A stretch of 64,000 nucleotides of DNA from Azolla caroliniana (GCA_043228905.1 JBHGNT010000013.1:5580001-5644000), one strand, 5' to 3'; counted from the stretch's first letter, positions 26,401 through 40,411 are shown. Notes: generated by a model not told the origin, from the letters alone. A program made the numbers and translations.

Positions 26401-29400
26401 CTAGTTCACATGTTATCTACGGAAGGAGGGAATTGAATGCGAATTCTCGTCTAGATATACGCCGGGGCAGAACAACGTAGCCGAAAGGAAGAATCAGACG
26501 ATTGAAGAAGCGGTCAGGGCAATGCTTGAAGAGAAGCACATGCCGAAATTTTATTGGGCCGAAGCCATGAGGACGGCTGTGTACTTGCAGAATCGGACTT
26601 CTGCTAATGGAGGAGTGTCGCCACATGAGCTATATTTCGGAAAGAAGCCGAACTTGGCACACTTGAGGATTTTCGGTAGCATCACGTATGTACACGTGCC
26701 GAAGGAGAAAAGGAGGAAGCTGGATGCCAAAGCCGAGAAATGTAACTTGGTCGGCTATTCAGACGAGCGGAAGGGGTATAAGTGTTATAACCGCCGAACA
26801 AAGGAAGTACGCATAAGTCCTGATGTCGTATTCGACGAATCCACTTCGTGGTACTTGCCTTCTTCTCCAATACCTCACAACTCCATTTCGATTTCTGAAG
26901 AAGAAGACAGTGAGGTCGAAATTCCTTTACACGATGAAGAAATCGGAGCTCTGAGATAGAGTCCGATATCATTTCGGCTGAGTGGGCCGAATGAGGGGTT
27001 GGGCCGAGATGGCCAACCAGATGAAGAGGTGGCGAGTAGTGGAGACTCGGTTGTGATGTCCCCACGTAAGGAACCAAGGAGATGGTTTACGCGCAAGGAG
27101 AAGGGGAAGAAGAGGATGTTGGAATACGATTTTGGTAATGCCGAGGCAGTTTGTAGCGAATCTGATATCGAGCCAGTTAGAAAGGAACCTCTACAAAAGA
27201 GGTCAAAATCGGCCGAAAAGGTCATGAAATCGGGTAATCTCGAATTACGCCGATCTACCCACCAGATGAACCCCGTAAAGTGGTACGAGTATAATGAGTA
27301 CATGGCGCATCATTATGCATATATGACACGAGTGGCGAAAGTGCGTGAGCTAGAGAGCTATGCAGAAGTGGCCAAAGACGCAAACTGGCGTGCCGCAGTG
27401 GAGGAAGAGATGAGCGCTTTAACAGACAATGAGACGTGGGACCTGGTTGACGCACCAAAGGGTGTAAAGCCGATCGGATGTAGATGGGTGTATAAAGTGA
27501 AATACAACATTGACGGCTCTGTTAACCGCTACAAGGCCCGATTAGTAGTGAAAGGCTATGCACAGAAGCACGACGTGGACTATGACAAGACCTTCGCGCC
27601 AGTCACGAAGATGACCACCGTGTGAGTCCTGCTCGCCATAGTTGTGGTGAAGGGGTGGCACTTACATCAAATGGATGTAAAGAATGCATTCCTGCAAGGT
27701 GATCTTGAGGAACATGTATACATGGTACAACCCCCCAGATTTCTATCCGAATAGAACACTTCGGTGGTTTGCCAATTGAAGAAGTCACTTTATGGACTTA
27801 AGCAAGCCCCGTGAGCCTGGAGCGTGAAGATCATGCAACATTTGTGTAAGATGGGGTTTGCGCTGTCGAAGTTGGACTCTTCACTATTTGTTCGGCAGGG
27901 TGAATATAGACTGGTCAACCTTCTTTTGTATGTTGATGATTTAGTCATCGCGGTGCCGACCTGAATGAAATCCGCCGCGTAAAGTCTCAACTTGCGGCAT
28001 CATTCGAAATGAAGGATCTTGGAGACCTTCATTACTTCCTCGGGATCAAAGTGATCCGTACCCCCGAAGGCATATTGATTAGTCAACGTCATTACGCGTT
28101 GAATATGAGCTTCAAGTTCGGGATGGCAGATTGTAAGCCCATCTCGACCCCTCTAGATAGAAACGCAAAGCTTCGCCAAGACTCAGGAAAGTTGTGCGAC
28201 CCGACATGGTTCTGACTGATTGTCGGAAGCCTTATCTTTTTGACGATCACTCAGACGGACCTCAGTTACCCGGTCGGCATGATCAGTCAATTCATGTCAC
28301 AGCCTACAACTGAACACTTTTAGTGCGTGCAAAGGATATTGCGATATGTTAGCGGCACGAAAGATATGGCGTTGTTGTATCGGGCGTAGCCGAACAGTTA
28401 GTTGGCTACACGAATGCCGATTGGGCCGGAAATGCCCACGATCATCGATCCACATCAGGATACGCATTCTGTCTGGGAAGTGCGGCGATCGTGTGGAGCA
28501 GTAAGAAGCAGCCGACTGTAGCACTGTCGAGATTGGAGGCCGAATATTGAGGGGCAACTGTCGCTATGTGTGAAGTCATTGGGCTGAAGCAGCTATTACA
28601 GGATCTACATGTAGAGGTGTCCGATCCGACGACGATCTATTGTGACAATCTCAGTAGTATCCACCTTGCAAGAAACCTTGTATTCCATGCCCAAACCAAG
28701 CACATTGAGGTGCATTACCATTTTGTCCATGAGCGGGTCGTTTCAGGTGAAGTCGAATTGGTGCATGTTTCAACTGATCGGTAAGTTGCTGACATCTTCA
28801 CCAAGTCTCTTGGTCTCGACAAGTTACGACATTTCTCGGGTGAGCTTGGGTTGCCTCACCTTGACACGCCGAACTTGAGGGGGAGAAAGGAAGAACAAGA
28901 ACAAGAGCGTGAAAGGAGCGATGTTGCGGAATCGGATGAAGAATTCAATCTCGAACCGGGTGAAGAAGCCGAAGAAGGGAGCAAGGGCCGTAATTGTAAG
29001 AAAGAACCAAGGACAGCCGAATTAGGGTGGGAAAAGGCCAAGATCAAGATGTGGTCTGATATTGTCAAAGGCCTGAGAATAGAAGACAAATTGGAGACAA
29101 CTGATCCGGATGAGAGCGGAATTGAATTAGAAGAGTTTGATTCAATCAGAATGATCGATTTAGATATGTTGAATCAACTGATGGCCAAGTGGAGAAAAGG
29201 GCAGGGAAGAATGTGCCAACACCGCGGCAGCAAGGGAGCTGAGAAGGGCCGAACGAGCAGACAAGCCGACTAGAAGGGTCGAGGCACGCAAAATCAAACA
29301 AGTCAAGGCGAGTGAGCGAGGCGCGAAACCAGGAGAAGTCGGAGCGTAGATCCTAAAGGTAGGATGGAAACTCAAGTTGAGGTTGAGAGGGAGTGTTGAG

Positions 29401-29809
29401 TGACAAGCTCAATATTAGGTGCGTAATACGGCGCGTAACCCGGTGCGTAGACTGGACACGTAAGTTAGTATGCACAACTTGGCCGAAAGGCCGTTAGAGA
29501 GATATTCCTCATAAGGAATAATTTTGGGAGTGAGTGTCGAAGCTCATTTATGAGCGGTCAAGTACTTCAGGTACTTGTGTCAGCCTGATTGTCAGGACTT
29601 GTATAAAAGGTGCTCACTGAACAGAAGTATGTACAGAGTGTTGTTATTTTTGAAATTGAACTATTGTGTGTGCTCTCTCTGTCTCTCTGTCTCTCCACCT
29701 CTCCATCCCCATCTCCATCTCAATGTTTTCTGCGTTTACTGAATTGTCTTATTTCCGAATTGTATACACTGTGTTTATGCATACGCTTCCGCACACGCTA
29801 TTCTTTACA
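20443..29809 (+). mobile_element. Full-length Ty1/Copia element Y with TSD AGAAG (degenerate; contains nested element Z)
   Basis: 5' LTR 20443-20827, PBS TGGTATTAGAGC 20828-20839, gag ATG 20936, WYVDSG protease, DLIHSDVWGP integrase, YVDD RT, KHIEVHYHFV RNase H, PPT 29382-29393, 3' LTR 29394-29809. AGAAG at 20438-20442 and 29810-29814. Confidence 0.96.
22156..25801 (+). mobile_element. Non-autonomous Gypsy element Z (gag plus C-terminal part of extra ORF, no pol) with TSD GTGTC
   Basis: 459-bp LTRs at 22156-22614 and 25343-25801 (about 19 mismatches by eye). PBS-like TGGTGACCACGA at ~22622. gag 22670-24590 with CX2CX4HX4C knuckles. GTGTC at 22151-22155 and 25802-25806. Confidence 0.95.
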
Positions 29810-32800
29810 AGAAGATAATGAATTTAGGGTCAACAACCAAAGACCAACTGAAGGAGAGAAGGACCTATCCGAACGAAACCCAAATGACACTCGAAGAACC
29901 GACCGGATTCGAAGCAGAAACCTATCGAGAAACCGTTTGTTGTTCGTGTGCTAAAAATGTAATATTGTTTGGGAATCGTATATGTAATATCTAAAACCCG
30001 TAACACAAAGTAGGTAAAAGTAGGTAAACAAATATAATCAAGAAGGAAGCCGAGTCACATGCAACCAAAAACAAAGGAGAGTAAGAGTGTGGGCCGAAGA
30101 TAGGCTATATAAGAAGGACAACATAGAGGGAGGGGGAGGTAGAGAGTTAGAAGATTAGTCATAAGCATTTGAATTAATCCGGCATATAGCCGTGAATGTG
30201 TAATCCATTATCTATCATATAATACAGTCAGAGTTGGGTTTTAAGCTGTGTCTCCTTTCGATTTCGTAATTAGACAGTGTTATCTCTTCCATTATTGTTT
30301 ATTAGTGCTATGATTAACCCGTGAATGTGTCATAACCTTTACGTTTCGAAAAGACAGTTTGGGGACTACTCGTACCACACCTTCTCGCCGCACAGAGCGC
30401 GTTGAGGAAACAACCGATTTCCGTGCACACATAGCATTCCTCTCTAGACTCACAATCCTCGTCCCCTGTCAATCAGAAAGCCCAATCCTCTACACCCGTA
30501 CTTTCGGACTCACAGTCCCACATTGGTCCGGATAGTGCCATTTGGACTAGTCCTCCGGAAATTGCACCTTCCACCAAGTGCAACCTTGTTACGACTCCTC
30601 CGGACGAACCAGATCTTGAGACAATGCCATATCACCCCTACGTCCGCTATACGGATGGCCCAGATGCCGAACCCCATATACGCTCCTTCCTAAACACATG
30701 GCAGGCCAACCATTCGACACAACGGCTCACTGCCATGGAAATCGATGCCTCCAAAATCACTGAATTTACGCTTTCCCTCGACGTACTTGCCGCTCGATGG
30801 TATTCCCGACACGAACTTGGGGAGTTCACCACATTCCAGGATGTCTGCATGTAGTTTTTAGAACTATTCCATAGGGAGATCCCCATATGCGAATTGCTTC
30901 GCCAGTTTTACATGATCGGACAATGACCTAATGAAACCGTATCCCAATTTGTCCTTCGCTTCCAATATCTCTACCGATAACTGGCACAAGATGTCTCAGT
31001 CAACCATCTCAAGGACACGTTCCTCGCCAGCCTTTGGGAGCCCCTCTGCACAACACTGGCTCTCATGGATTTTGCACAACACACCATCGAGGAAGTAGTA
31101 GCTCACGTTCTTGCGCTTGCATGAGCACACCACAATAATTCCTTTGCCATGGGTACGCTGCAAGTGGCCTTACCAACACCGGAGGAAACCCAATTCCGAC
31201 AGGCACTACAATACACGATATGCACCTATGCAGGCCACTCTACCCTTGATTGTCCTTCCCGACCACACTGGCCCATCTGCCATTCACGGATACATACGAT
31301 CGAGCAATGTGCGTACAATATGCTGAACCGAATAGCCACAACTACAGTCCACCAAATTGATCCTCGCCCCAATCTTGTTCAAACACCCCCACCGGCCAGA
31401 GAAGCATCGTGACCATGGGAAGAACATCGACCACATTACCACACGACAAACACTCCCAACACGTCATGCTACAATCGGGAGAATCAATATCATAACGAAA
31501 CTCAAAACCACCCCAATCAAGCACACCACACAAATGGACACTGCCCTTGTCACCAGGATCACCACCATTGCTGCAGGGATTACAGCTTCGAGACACCCCG
31601 CAATTATCGAGGTTTCCGTAATAATAGAGGTTCCTGATATTTAGGCAACCGTTGACATTTTGACAATCACTGCCGAGATCAACAACACGACAATAATTGG
31701 CGTAACCCCCACATAGAGCCCAAGGGCAACACTTCCCAAGGCTATTCCCCACTAGGATGAGAATATCAACTTCTAAATCCACCAACAACCTCGTTTGAGC
31801 ACGACGATCCCAACACTTCGACACCTATCACATGTTTCAATTGCAATCAACCCGGCCATTCTACCAATCAATGTCCCAATAACATAAGGGGTAAAGCACC
31901 AGCCATAAACATGATCACGGTCGACGTACAACAAGTAACCACACAGAGTAAGATAACACAACTTTCACAATGGGACACCTAGGACTTAGTTTGGCAACAT
32001 GCTACAGAATGGGTCGAGGCCGCAAACAACCAAAACATCAACCGTATGAAGGCCGACACCGAGACATTCCATCCGCAACAACTCAACCACCCCCAGCTCA
32101 ACAACATGCATCCACCCAGCACCACCACTCCAAAGGAAACAAACACCGGGGGGCAAGATCTTGCGGACTCTCAAATCTCGATGCCATTGCATAGGTTGCC
32201 CTACCTACTTCCGCGTTTCAAGGAAACTATCCATTCCCTCACCTCTTGGGACCCTGCGCAGCCATCGGTCCACCTAATGACTCCAACACTCGGACCTCCT
32301 CTGATGGATTTGTAAAATCCAGCCATAGAACTCCTGATCCATAGTCATGAAGCACCCGACTGCATAATCGACGGCAGATCCGGTGTAAATGTCATTAGCC
32401 AAGCAACATGCACAATGATCGGCATTACCCAATGGGAGCCATGTCTCTTCTGGCTACAGATGGTAGACACATAGTCAGTACGCCCAATAGGCCTCATCCG
32501 AAATTTGGAATTCACATTGGGTGGCCATTCCTTTAATGTGTCAGCAGTAATCTTAAGATTAGAGGATCCTGGCTCGTACCCTTTCTTGCTCGCCAACCAT
32601 GGTTACGCACCGCCTACATCAAGCAACATTGGCAAAAGAATATGATCTCATTTCAATGAGGCAAAACAAAAGTTCGCATTATGACGAAGGCGCGGACCCT
32701 GACTCCACTTGACAACAACCCATTACACGCCGAAGCAGTCCATATGGTAGATGGTCTCATGGATAATGAGATGAACTCCTTTCTAGAAGAGCACCCCACA

Positions 32801-32850
32801 ATCGTTCCACTTTTTGAAGTTAATGTTCTTTCGGCCGTGGAGCCCTATGT

Positions 32851-35800
32851 AGCATATGGCAGCGATGGAGGCCTACAAGGAGCCAATTTGGATGAAGAGT
32901 TTCCTCAGCGAACTCGGGATGAAGCAAGAAGAATTCTTGCTCCACTATGATAATCATAGTGCCATACATCTAGCCAAGAATGTTGTGTACCATTCTCAGG
33001 CTAATCATATACAAAGAAGGTATCACTCATTGCAAGAGAAGGTAGATGAAGGAGAGTTTACCTTGGTGAACATCCATACTGACAATAGTAGATCCGACAT
33101 GTTGACAAAGAACCTACCAATGGACAAAAGTAGAGCTTGTCGACAAAAGATAGGATCGACTGACTTCCTCCCACAGGAGTGAAGGGGGAGTTTGTTAGCA
33201 ATATGTTCTTCCAGTTGGAGGAGCCGACTGTTCGGGTTGAGAAGAGTCGATAGTCGAAGATAGGGATGAGCCAACTGTTCGGGCCGAGCAGAGCTGACAA
33301 TCGAAGACAAGGAGGAGTCGATTGTTCGGGGAGAGTAGACAACTGAAGAGTCGACAGTAGAGAGTCGACTGATTAACTATCGATTATTATTATAACTATA
33401 ATAATACTACTAGCAATGTGTGGTAGGGGCTACACTTGTAAATACTCCATATGATGCATGAGTGTATATATATAGGGAAAATATAGACATAGGTGTGTGT
33501 GAGCATAGAACACATAGTAGTGTGTGTGAAGCACGAGAGAGCAGAGGAGTGAACCATGAAAGAGCGGCGCGATAAATATGTGTAACAGCATACGCCAAGA
33601 GCTTTGTGTGGCTGATACACTCAACAGAAAGAGTGTTGTAACCTCCTCCATTTTATATCCACTGTATAATGAAGCTCTATTCTTCCGTGGTCTTCTCCCG
33701 TTTTAGGGTTTCCACGTTAAAATCTGTGTGCACCATTTTTCGTGTGTGTCTAAGTAGTATATTTCAATGTATTCCCTATCGTGGATTAAGAATTCAATTC
33801 GCAACAAGATAAAGAATTTCAACTACTGTTTCCATAAGCTTTCTCAAAATGGTGTTATTGGTTTAGGGTTTGTTGATGATAATAATGTTGATGAAGATGG
33901 TAATGATGGGTGTGATGACAAGCATTGCAAGGTAGTGGTGGAGATTGATCAAAATCGTGGGGTGGGGGGTGGCAGCTAGAATGGTGTAGGGTAAGCTAAT
34001 TACGAGAGAGAGAGAGAGAGCATCTTTATTCTTCATTCATTACCCATAAGAGGGTTAAATAGTTACAATGAGGTTAGATTTATAAGGGTGCATGACCCTC
34101 AAGCCATCCATACACATCACCCACTCACACCCTTTCCTATTTGTCCATTGACACTCACACTTACGTTCACACTCATACTCACATACATTTCACATTGACA
34201 CACCACTATACTCTATCACCCTCAGTCATCACACTCAAATGTCTATACATCTCATACGGTCACAATAGTAGTCGATGTCATGTGTTTGCGCCACCCGTCC
34301 GGCCTTGTACTTGTTGATCGAGCTCTCAGAATTGTATTTCACCTTATACACCCAGCTACATCCAATCAGCTTTACTCCTTTGGGGAGATCAACGAGGTCC
34401 CATGTCTCATTGTCAACTAGAGGATGCATCTCTTCCTCCATAGCCGGTTTCCATTCCGCATCTTGTGCCCCCTTCGCATAGCTTTTTGGCTCACATATCT
34501 CTGCCACTTTAGTCATGTACGGATATTGATGCAACATGTACTCATGTACCCATACCTAATCACAGGGTTCTTCTAGCGAGATGATCAACACAACTTTTTG
34601 TTGGCCGTCTTCAAGGTTCTTGTTGGTCAATTCTGACCTTAACTTTGAAGGTCCGTCATCGCTCATGGCCCCATCGGATTTGGTTCTATCCGATGTTCCC
34701 ATATTGGTGCCATATCCCAACATCTTCTTCTTCCTCTTCTCCTTGTGGGTAGGCTATCTCCTCGGCTTCATCCACAGGGATTGCATGGCCGAGTCTCCAT
34801 CACTCGCTAGCTCCTCTAAGTAAGAGTATAAAGTTTGAATCTTTGTTAGTACGATGTGAATTAAGGAGCATTTATTGCCCTTTTCCTTTTCGAAGAGAAA
34901 GAATAATAATAATGCATTTGTAAATAATTACTTAGAGTAATTATGTTAGGCAGAATAGACAAAATAGATGTGTGTTATGTGTGTGTGAAAGAGGAGAGAG
35001 GAGAGACACAAGATAGATAAAAGATAAAAGACTCAAATGTATATTAACAAGGAGTAAAAAAACAAACTAGCAAACCAACATTTACAAAGTAAAGAGGAGA
35101 GTGCTTTATATTAAGTCACCCTCTTACTAAATTCTCTCTTTAAAACACCCACTCTCTCTCTCTCTCTAGCAACTTGGGGAATATGGAAACTGATTAGCTA
35201 TGTGTCATATTGTATGATTCTAGGATACAGAGTTAAAGTTAGGAAGTAGTGGTGACCATTGACGTTTGAGTGTTTATACATTCACTATATAAGGTATGTT
35301 CACACACTAAACTTAGATTGAGTTTGATTTTCAACAACATTAAATGTAAATGAGGTTGGGTTTTCTTGGAGTTTTTGCTTTTGGTGACCTTTTTCTTTGA
35401 TTTTTTTACTTTATTTTCTTCTTGGATTCTTCTTTAGATTTTTTGACATTTTCTTGGGTTTTTAGACATTTAGGAGAAGGAGCTCTTCATTTCCAATCCT
35501 CGTCTTTCAGCAATGGAAGCTCAACCTTGTATTCGTCGTTTGGACACCATCGGAATCTCCAAATTTTACCACCTAAATGTGACGTCATGTATACATCATT
35601 TTTCCAGGCCATCACCGTCCTTTCCCTTTACAATTTCAGTTACACCTTTTCTTACCATTTACCCTTATTTAAAAACATTTAAAACCCTACCTACGATTCA
35701 ATAATTCACAATTATTTCACCAAATACACCTCCTACCTACCAATATATATATACATATATACATACATACATACATACATACATACATACAAACATCAAA

Positions 35801-36044
35801 GCATATACATAAGCATACATCATCATATAAACACATATTCAAGAGTATTTGCATATTGCACACATAAATACACAAGTTGATTCCATAAACAAACTTTCCG
35901 CTATTAACGTACTTAGACCCACATATCTACAATCTCTAAACATACTTAAACAGGGTGTTGGTGCTAAAATCAACGTATAATTGTGAGTAACTTCAATTCA
36001 TCAATTGAACAAGTCATGTCAACCCATCCTCTCTTGTTCAAGAC
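32851..36044 (+). repeat. Segmental duplicate of 4059-~7309 (Copia A RNase H + 3' LTR + flank)
   Basis: Colinear high-identity copy starting AGCATATGGCAG and ending ...AACCCATCCTCTCTTG..AAGAC. Includes PPT and an LTR copy at 33193-33806. Confidence 0.97.
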
Positions 36045-37245
36045 TAGTAACAAATATATCCTCGTCGCAACAGACTATTGTACGAAGTGGGTCGAAGCTA
36101 AAGCATTACGCGACAACATGGCAACATCAATCGCAAAAATTATTTACGAACACTTATGGTGCCATTTCGGTTGCCCAATCGAGCTGGTCAACGACTAAGG
36201 CGGACATTTCATTATTCACATAATATGGGAATTAACCTCCCACTATGTCGTGGTCCATAAGAAGAGTACTCTCTACTACCCTCAAGCCAACGGACTTGCC
36301 GAGTCGACAAATAAAACCCTGCAAACCATCCTTAAGAAAACTGTCAATGAAAATTGCACGGATTGGGATGACAAGCTACATAGTGCCCTATGGGCATATC
36401 ATACGACGTTCAAAACAAGTATAAGCTTTACACCATTTCCGCTTGAGTTTGGATTGGAGGCCATAATGCCAATCTAATTCCAAGTTCCCATCCTCTGACT
36501 GCCGGAATCAGAAACCGAATGTGAGTGTTTGACTCAACTACTCGAACTCGGTGAACATCGCATTACTAGCGTGGCTCAATTGGAACACGGCAAACGCCGA
36601 AGAAAAGCCTTCGCCGACAGGCATTGTTGCATCCCGAACAAAACTTTTGAAATCGGGCAGCCAATCCTAGTCTTTCAAACGAAACTCAGAGCTATGCCCG
36701 GCAAGCTGCGATTTAGATGGACAGGGCCCTTCTAGTTCATTGCCACATACACTAGCCAGCAAAGCGCTACCACATTGGGTCAACAGGTTTCGACTGAAGC
36801 CATACCGTGGGGCGACACCACCAAACCCCTTTACCAAACACTAGCAGGATCTCGACCAACCTTAGGTAGGTATAGCTAACGTTAACGAGGGCATCACGCC
36901 CCAAAGCCGCTAGCAATCCACCTACTAATTAAAAAAAAAAAACCCCACTCACTTGCTTTATTAAGAAAAGCAAGTACTAAAACGGTTCACACGACACGTG
37001 GTCCTTAAACTCTCAATATGACAAGCAAGATTCTAAGTTTAGGGATTAAGGGCTCGCCTTGAGATTCGAGAAACCCCCACAAAACCATACCTCACAGAGA
37101 GAACCCCCACACTTGCAAGAACTCTAAAGCCTTCTCTTCTCCTGCACAAAACTCTCATAGCTCTCCTAATCTCTGTCACCAAGCTCTTTCTAGCTCTCCA
37201 TTGCCGCAACCCCCTTCTGTTCTACCTACCTCCTCACTCTTCACC

Positions 37246-39816
37246 ATGCCGCTTGAAGTCTCAGCAGAACTGCGTACCTGGATGACCCGGCACGGCCTCG
37301 CAGGGTATTTGAACGTCTACAATGCACCCGTCCACCCACAGGCATGGGCCATCACCACAAAGATCCACTCCGACACCATCACCAATGACATCATCCGTTC
37401 TGCCCTTCGCCTACCGAGAGGCGGGGAGCACGATATCGAAGCACCCCCTCAACATATTCTGGAGCAACATTTCGGGGAATACACCCTTTCTGCAAAAGCC
37501 CATCATACGCACGGAGGTCCTAACGAGTTCTTTGGGGATCTGGCTCACTTTTTGCTTGAATACGCCTGTGTCCATGCCAACCCATACAACATGCCCAAGA
37601 AGAAAGCATGGTTGATTATTATGGCCCACCAAGGCGGCACAATCGACTGGGGCATCATCACAGGCAATGGTGTCCGAGCGGCCATAGCTTCTTTTCAATC
37701 AAGGAAATGATTCTTACCCGTAGTGGCCCAATACACCGTTGTGTTGTGCCCACCCAAAGCTCAGCTTTCACGCCAACCATTGGTGCTCCCTGCCCCACCC
37801 CCGAAAACTAAAAGACAACACAAGGTGTCCCACGAGGAGTGGACAGATGAAGACAGTCTGTCCACGTCCACAACTCAAGAAGGGGACAACATTATACTCC
37901 GAGGATGAGACCGGGAGACACCAAAGATTACCTCCCCTCACCCTAAAGAAAACACAAGCACACAAGTGGCAACACCCCGACCTGGAGGACCACAACACAA
38001 ACGCGGTTGTGACGAAACGTCCTCGCCAAAGCAAGATACCACAAAACATTGCCCTACGGATCTTACCAGCCCACCGCAAGAAAGACCTGACCCTTCGACG
38101 ACTACAAAGGTTGTAGTGGTAGCAATAGATATAGCAATCGCGATGACCCAAGGACACATCGAAAAGGGTCAGACGTCTAAATTCTCTGTAGATTAAGTCT
38201 TCACTCTGCATGACTTGCCTGCCGAAGCTTTCGAACTAGGAACATTGTTGCAACATGGCAGGGCATACAAACTTATCTATTTCTTGGCCAGACTATAAGT
38301 AGTTGCTATGGCCCGGATGGCGCAAGAACATGCCGAGCAACAAGTAATTGAGAGGGCTCTCAACAATGAGCTAGCTTCGGGTGACGAGCTGAAACTCCAG
38401 AGAGTCAGCTGGAAAAGAGCAAGAAAGAAACGCCGCATTGAGCTCCCTGAGCTCAATACAAGGTTAGTCGAAACCTACCAAGAGCTCGACTGTGCAACCC
38501 ACACAGCAAAAGATATGGCCGCCAACATCAAAGTAGCTCGTCACCAGGCTAAAGCCGCCACAGAACTCTGGTAGGTCACGGAAGCTCAACGGGTCGAGTT
38601 AGAGCAGTAGCTCCGTAGGGTAACTCTAACACCAACTCTGGCTCTACTGCCCCCTTCTTCGGACCAAACAACGCAGACAGAGGCCCCTCCCGCCACACCC
38701 ACAACGACAACACAAACATCGCTCAAACCCGGTTTCTTATCAATAGGCACACAAACGGATGGCGACGGGGAAACGGCTATACAAAAACTGCAAGAGGAAG
38801 TCGCTACAGACAAGGCCATCGTCGATAAAGCCAAAGAGCTCTAGGAAGAAGCTCGCAAGGACGCCGAACAATGAGAAGCCGTGCTAATGAAGACCATCGT
38901 GGATCAAACCGTCCAATTGCGTGAAGCTGATGACAAAATCACGACCGCGATCACTTCATTTCAGGACATCGCGACAGTGCAGATCGCAATGGTGACAAAA
39001 GAGCTCGTCAAAATGTAGGCCCGATCAAGCCAATTTTTCCAACAATACGAAGCTGCTGAAAAAGAGCGCTCCCGACTCCACAACGAGCTCCACGAACACC
39101 AAATGGCCACCATCCTGGGGTGCCAAGCCGAGCACAAAAAGCATATGAAAGAATTAGAGGAAGCCCGCACCGAATTCAACCAAGAAGTAGACAGAATAAC
39201 GGAAGAAACAGAGGCTAGGGTCCGGTTGCTGACTACCACCTGCAATTTGCTCACGGCCCAATTACGGCTTGAACTCAATCAGGCTAAAGAGGAGAACTTG
39301 GCTCTTCAAGAAATGCACGATAGCCGGGAGGAACACATCAACATATTAGTCATGAAGCAACGCCAGAAACTGAACCGCAAGATCGACGAAACGCTCACTG
39401 TAGGATGGAAACAATGGTTGACTCAGGCAGCCGAGTTGCAAGTTTTATGGGTGAACACCGAGAATCGTCGAAAAGACGGCAAAGGCTTCTACAAACTGGA
39501 CAAAAATAGCATCAATATGGTCTGAAATGACCTCGCAGAAGATTTCCATGCCCTAGCCGATGGCCACACGAAAGCCATTTCAACACTCATGGAGGAATTC
39601 AATATTGATCAGATCATGCTGAGGATTGAAACCGATCAAGCCCTCAACGTTAAACTACCCGTAGATGACGAAGGACCAACAAAGTCAGAAATCAGCACCT
39701 CTCCGAAAGTCCAGAACAACGAGCAAATGGTCGAGGGAAGTAGTGACATACAACCCGACCCCATGACTGTAACGGAGCAAGTGGAGGGCATCCTCCATAT
39801 CCTAACGGAGGATTAG
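37246..39816 (+). pseudogene. Extra retrotransposon ORF: N-terminal globular domain (..GGTIDWGII..) plus long coiled-coil tail, disrupted
   Basis: ORF pieces 37201-37710, 38308-38574, 39103-39525 and 39589-39816. Homologs in Z (24579-25058) and W2 (41712-41530, minus). Confidence 0.7.
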
Positions 39817-40411
39817 TTCTAAATAGAATTTCCTTTGATAATTACTTTTCCGATTGCCATTTTTTCGTTTTCTATGAGTTCGACGTGCCAAGGCACTGTC
39901 CCACGAGCGTGCAGGTATTGTCCGTGGGCTAAAAATGTAATATGAATTGGGAATCGTATATGTAATATCGAAAACCTGTAACGCAAAGTAGGTAAACAAA
40001 TATAATGAAGAAGGAAGCCGAGTCACACACAACCAAAAACAAAGGAGAGTAAGAGCACGCGCCAAAGACAGGCTATATAAAGAGGATAACATAGAGGGAG
40101 GGGGAGGTAGAGAGTCAGAAGATTAGACATAAGAATCTGAATTAATCTGGCGTATAGTTGTGAATGTGTAATCTGTTATCTATCATTTAATACAATCAAA
40201 GTTGGGTTTTAAGCTGTGTCTCCTTTCGATTCCGTAACTAGACAGTGTTATCGCTTCCATTATTGTTTACTAGCATTGTGATTAACCCGTGAACGTGTCG
40301 TAACCTTTACGTTTCGAAAAGACAATTTGGGGACTACTCGTACCACACCCCTTGATTTGATTCCGCGTAGGAATCGAAGGTGTTGCTTCCAGATAGGCTG
40401 TAACACCATTT

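Larger units (their letters stand above)
29941..40324 (+). mobile_element. Gypsy element W (non-chromovirus-like) with extra 3' ORF; RT/RNase H replaced by a 3.2-kb duplicated segment
   Basis: LTRs 29941-30356 and 39919-40324. gag ~30620-32300 is homologous to Z gag. Protease IIDGRSGVNVI ~32365. Integrase YILVATDYCTKWVEAKAL...YPQANGLAESTNK 36045-36800. Extra ORF 37246-39816. No matching TSD seen. Confidence 0.88.

Noticed and set aside
32851-36044. Pure assembly artefact as the explanation for the duplication
   Set aside because: The copies differ by scattered substitutions, indels and microsatellite lengths. An artefact is unlikely, but I cannot fully exclude it without reads.
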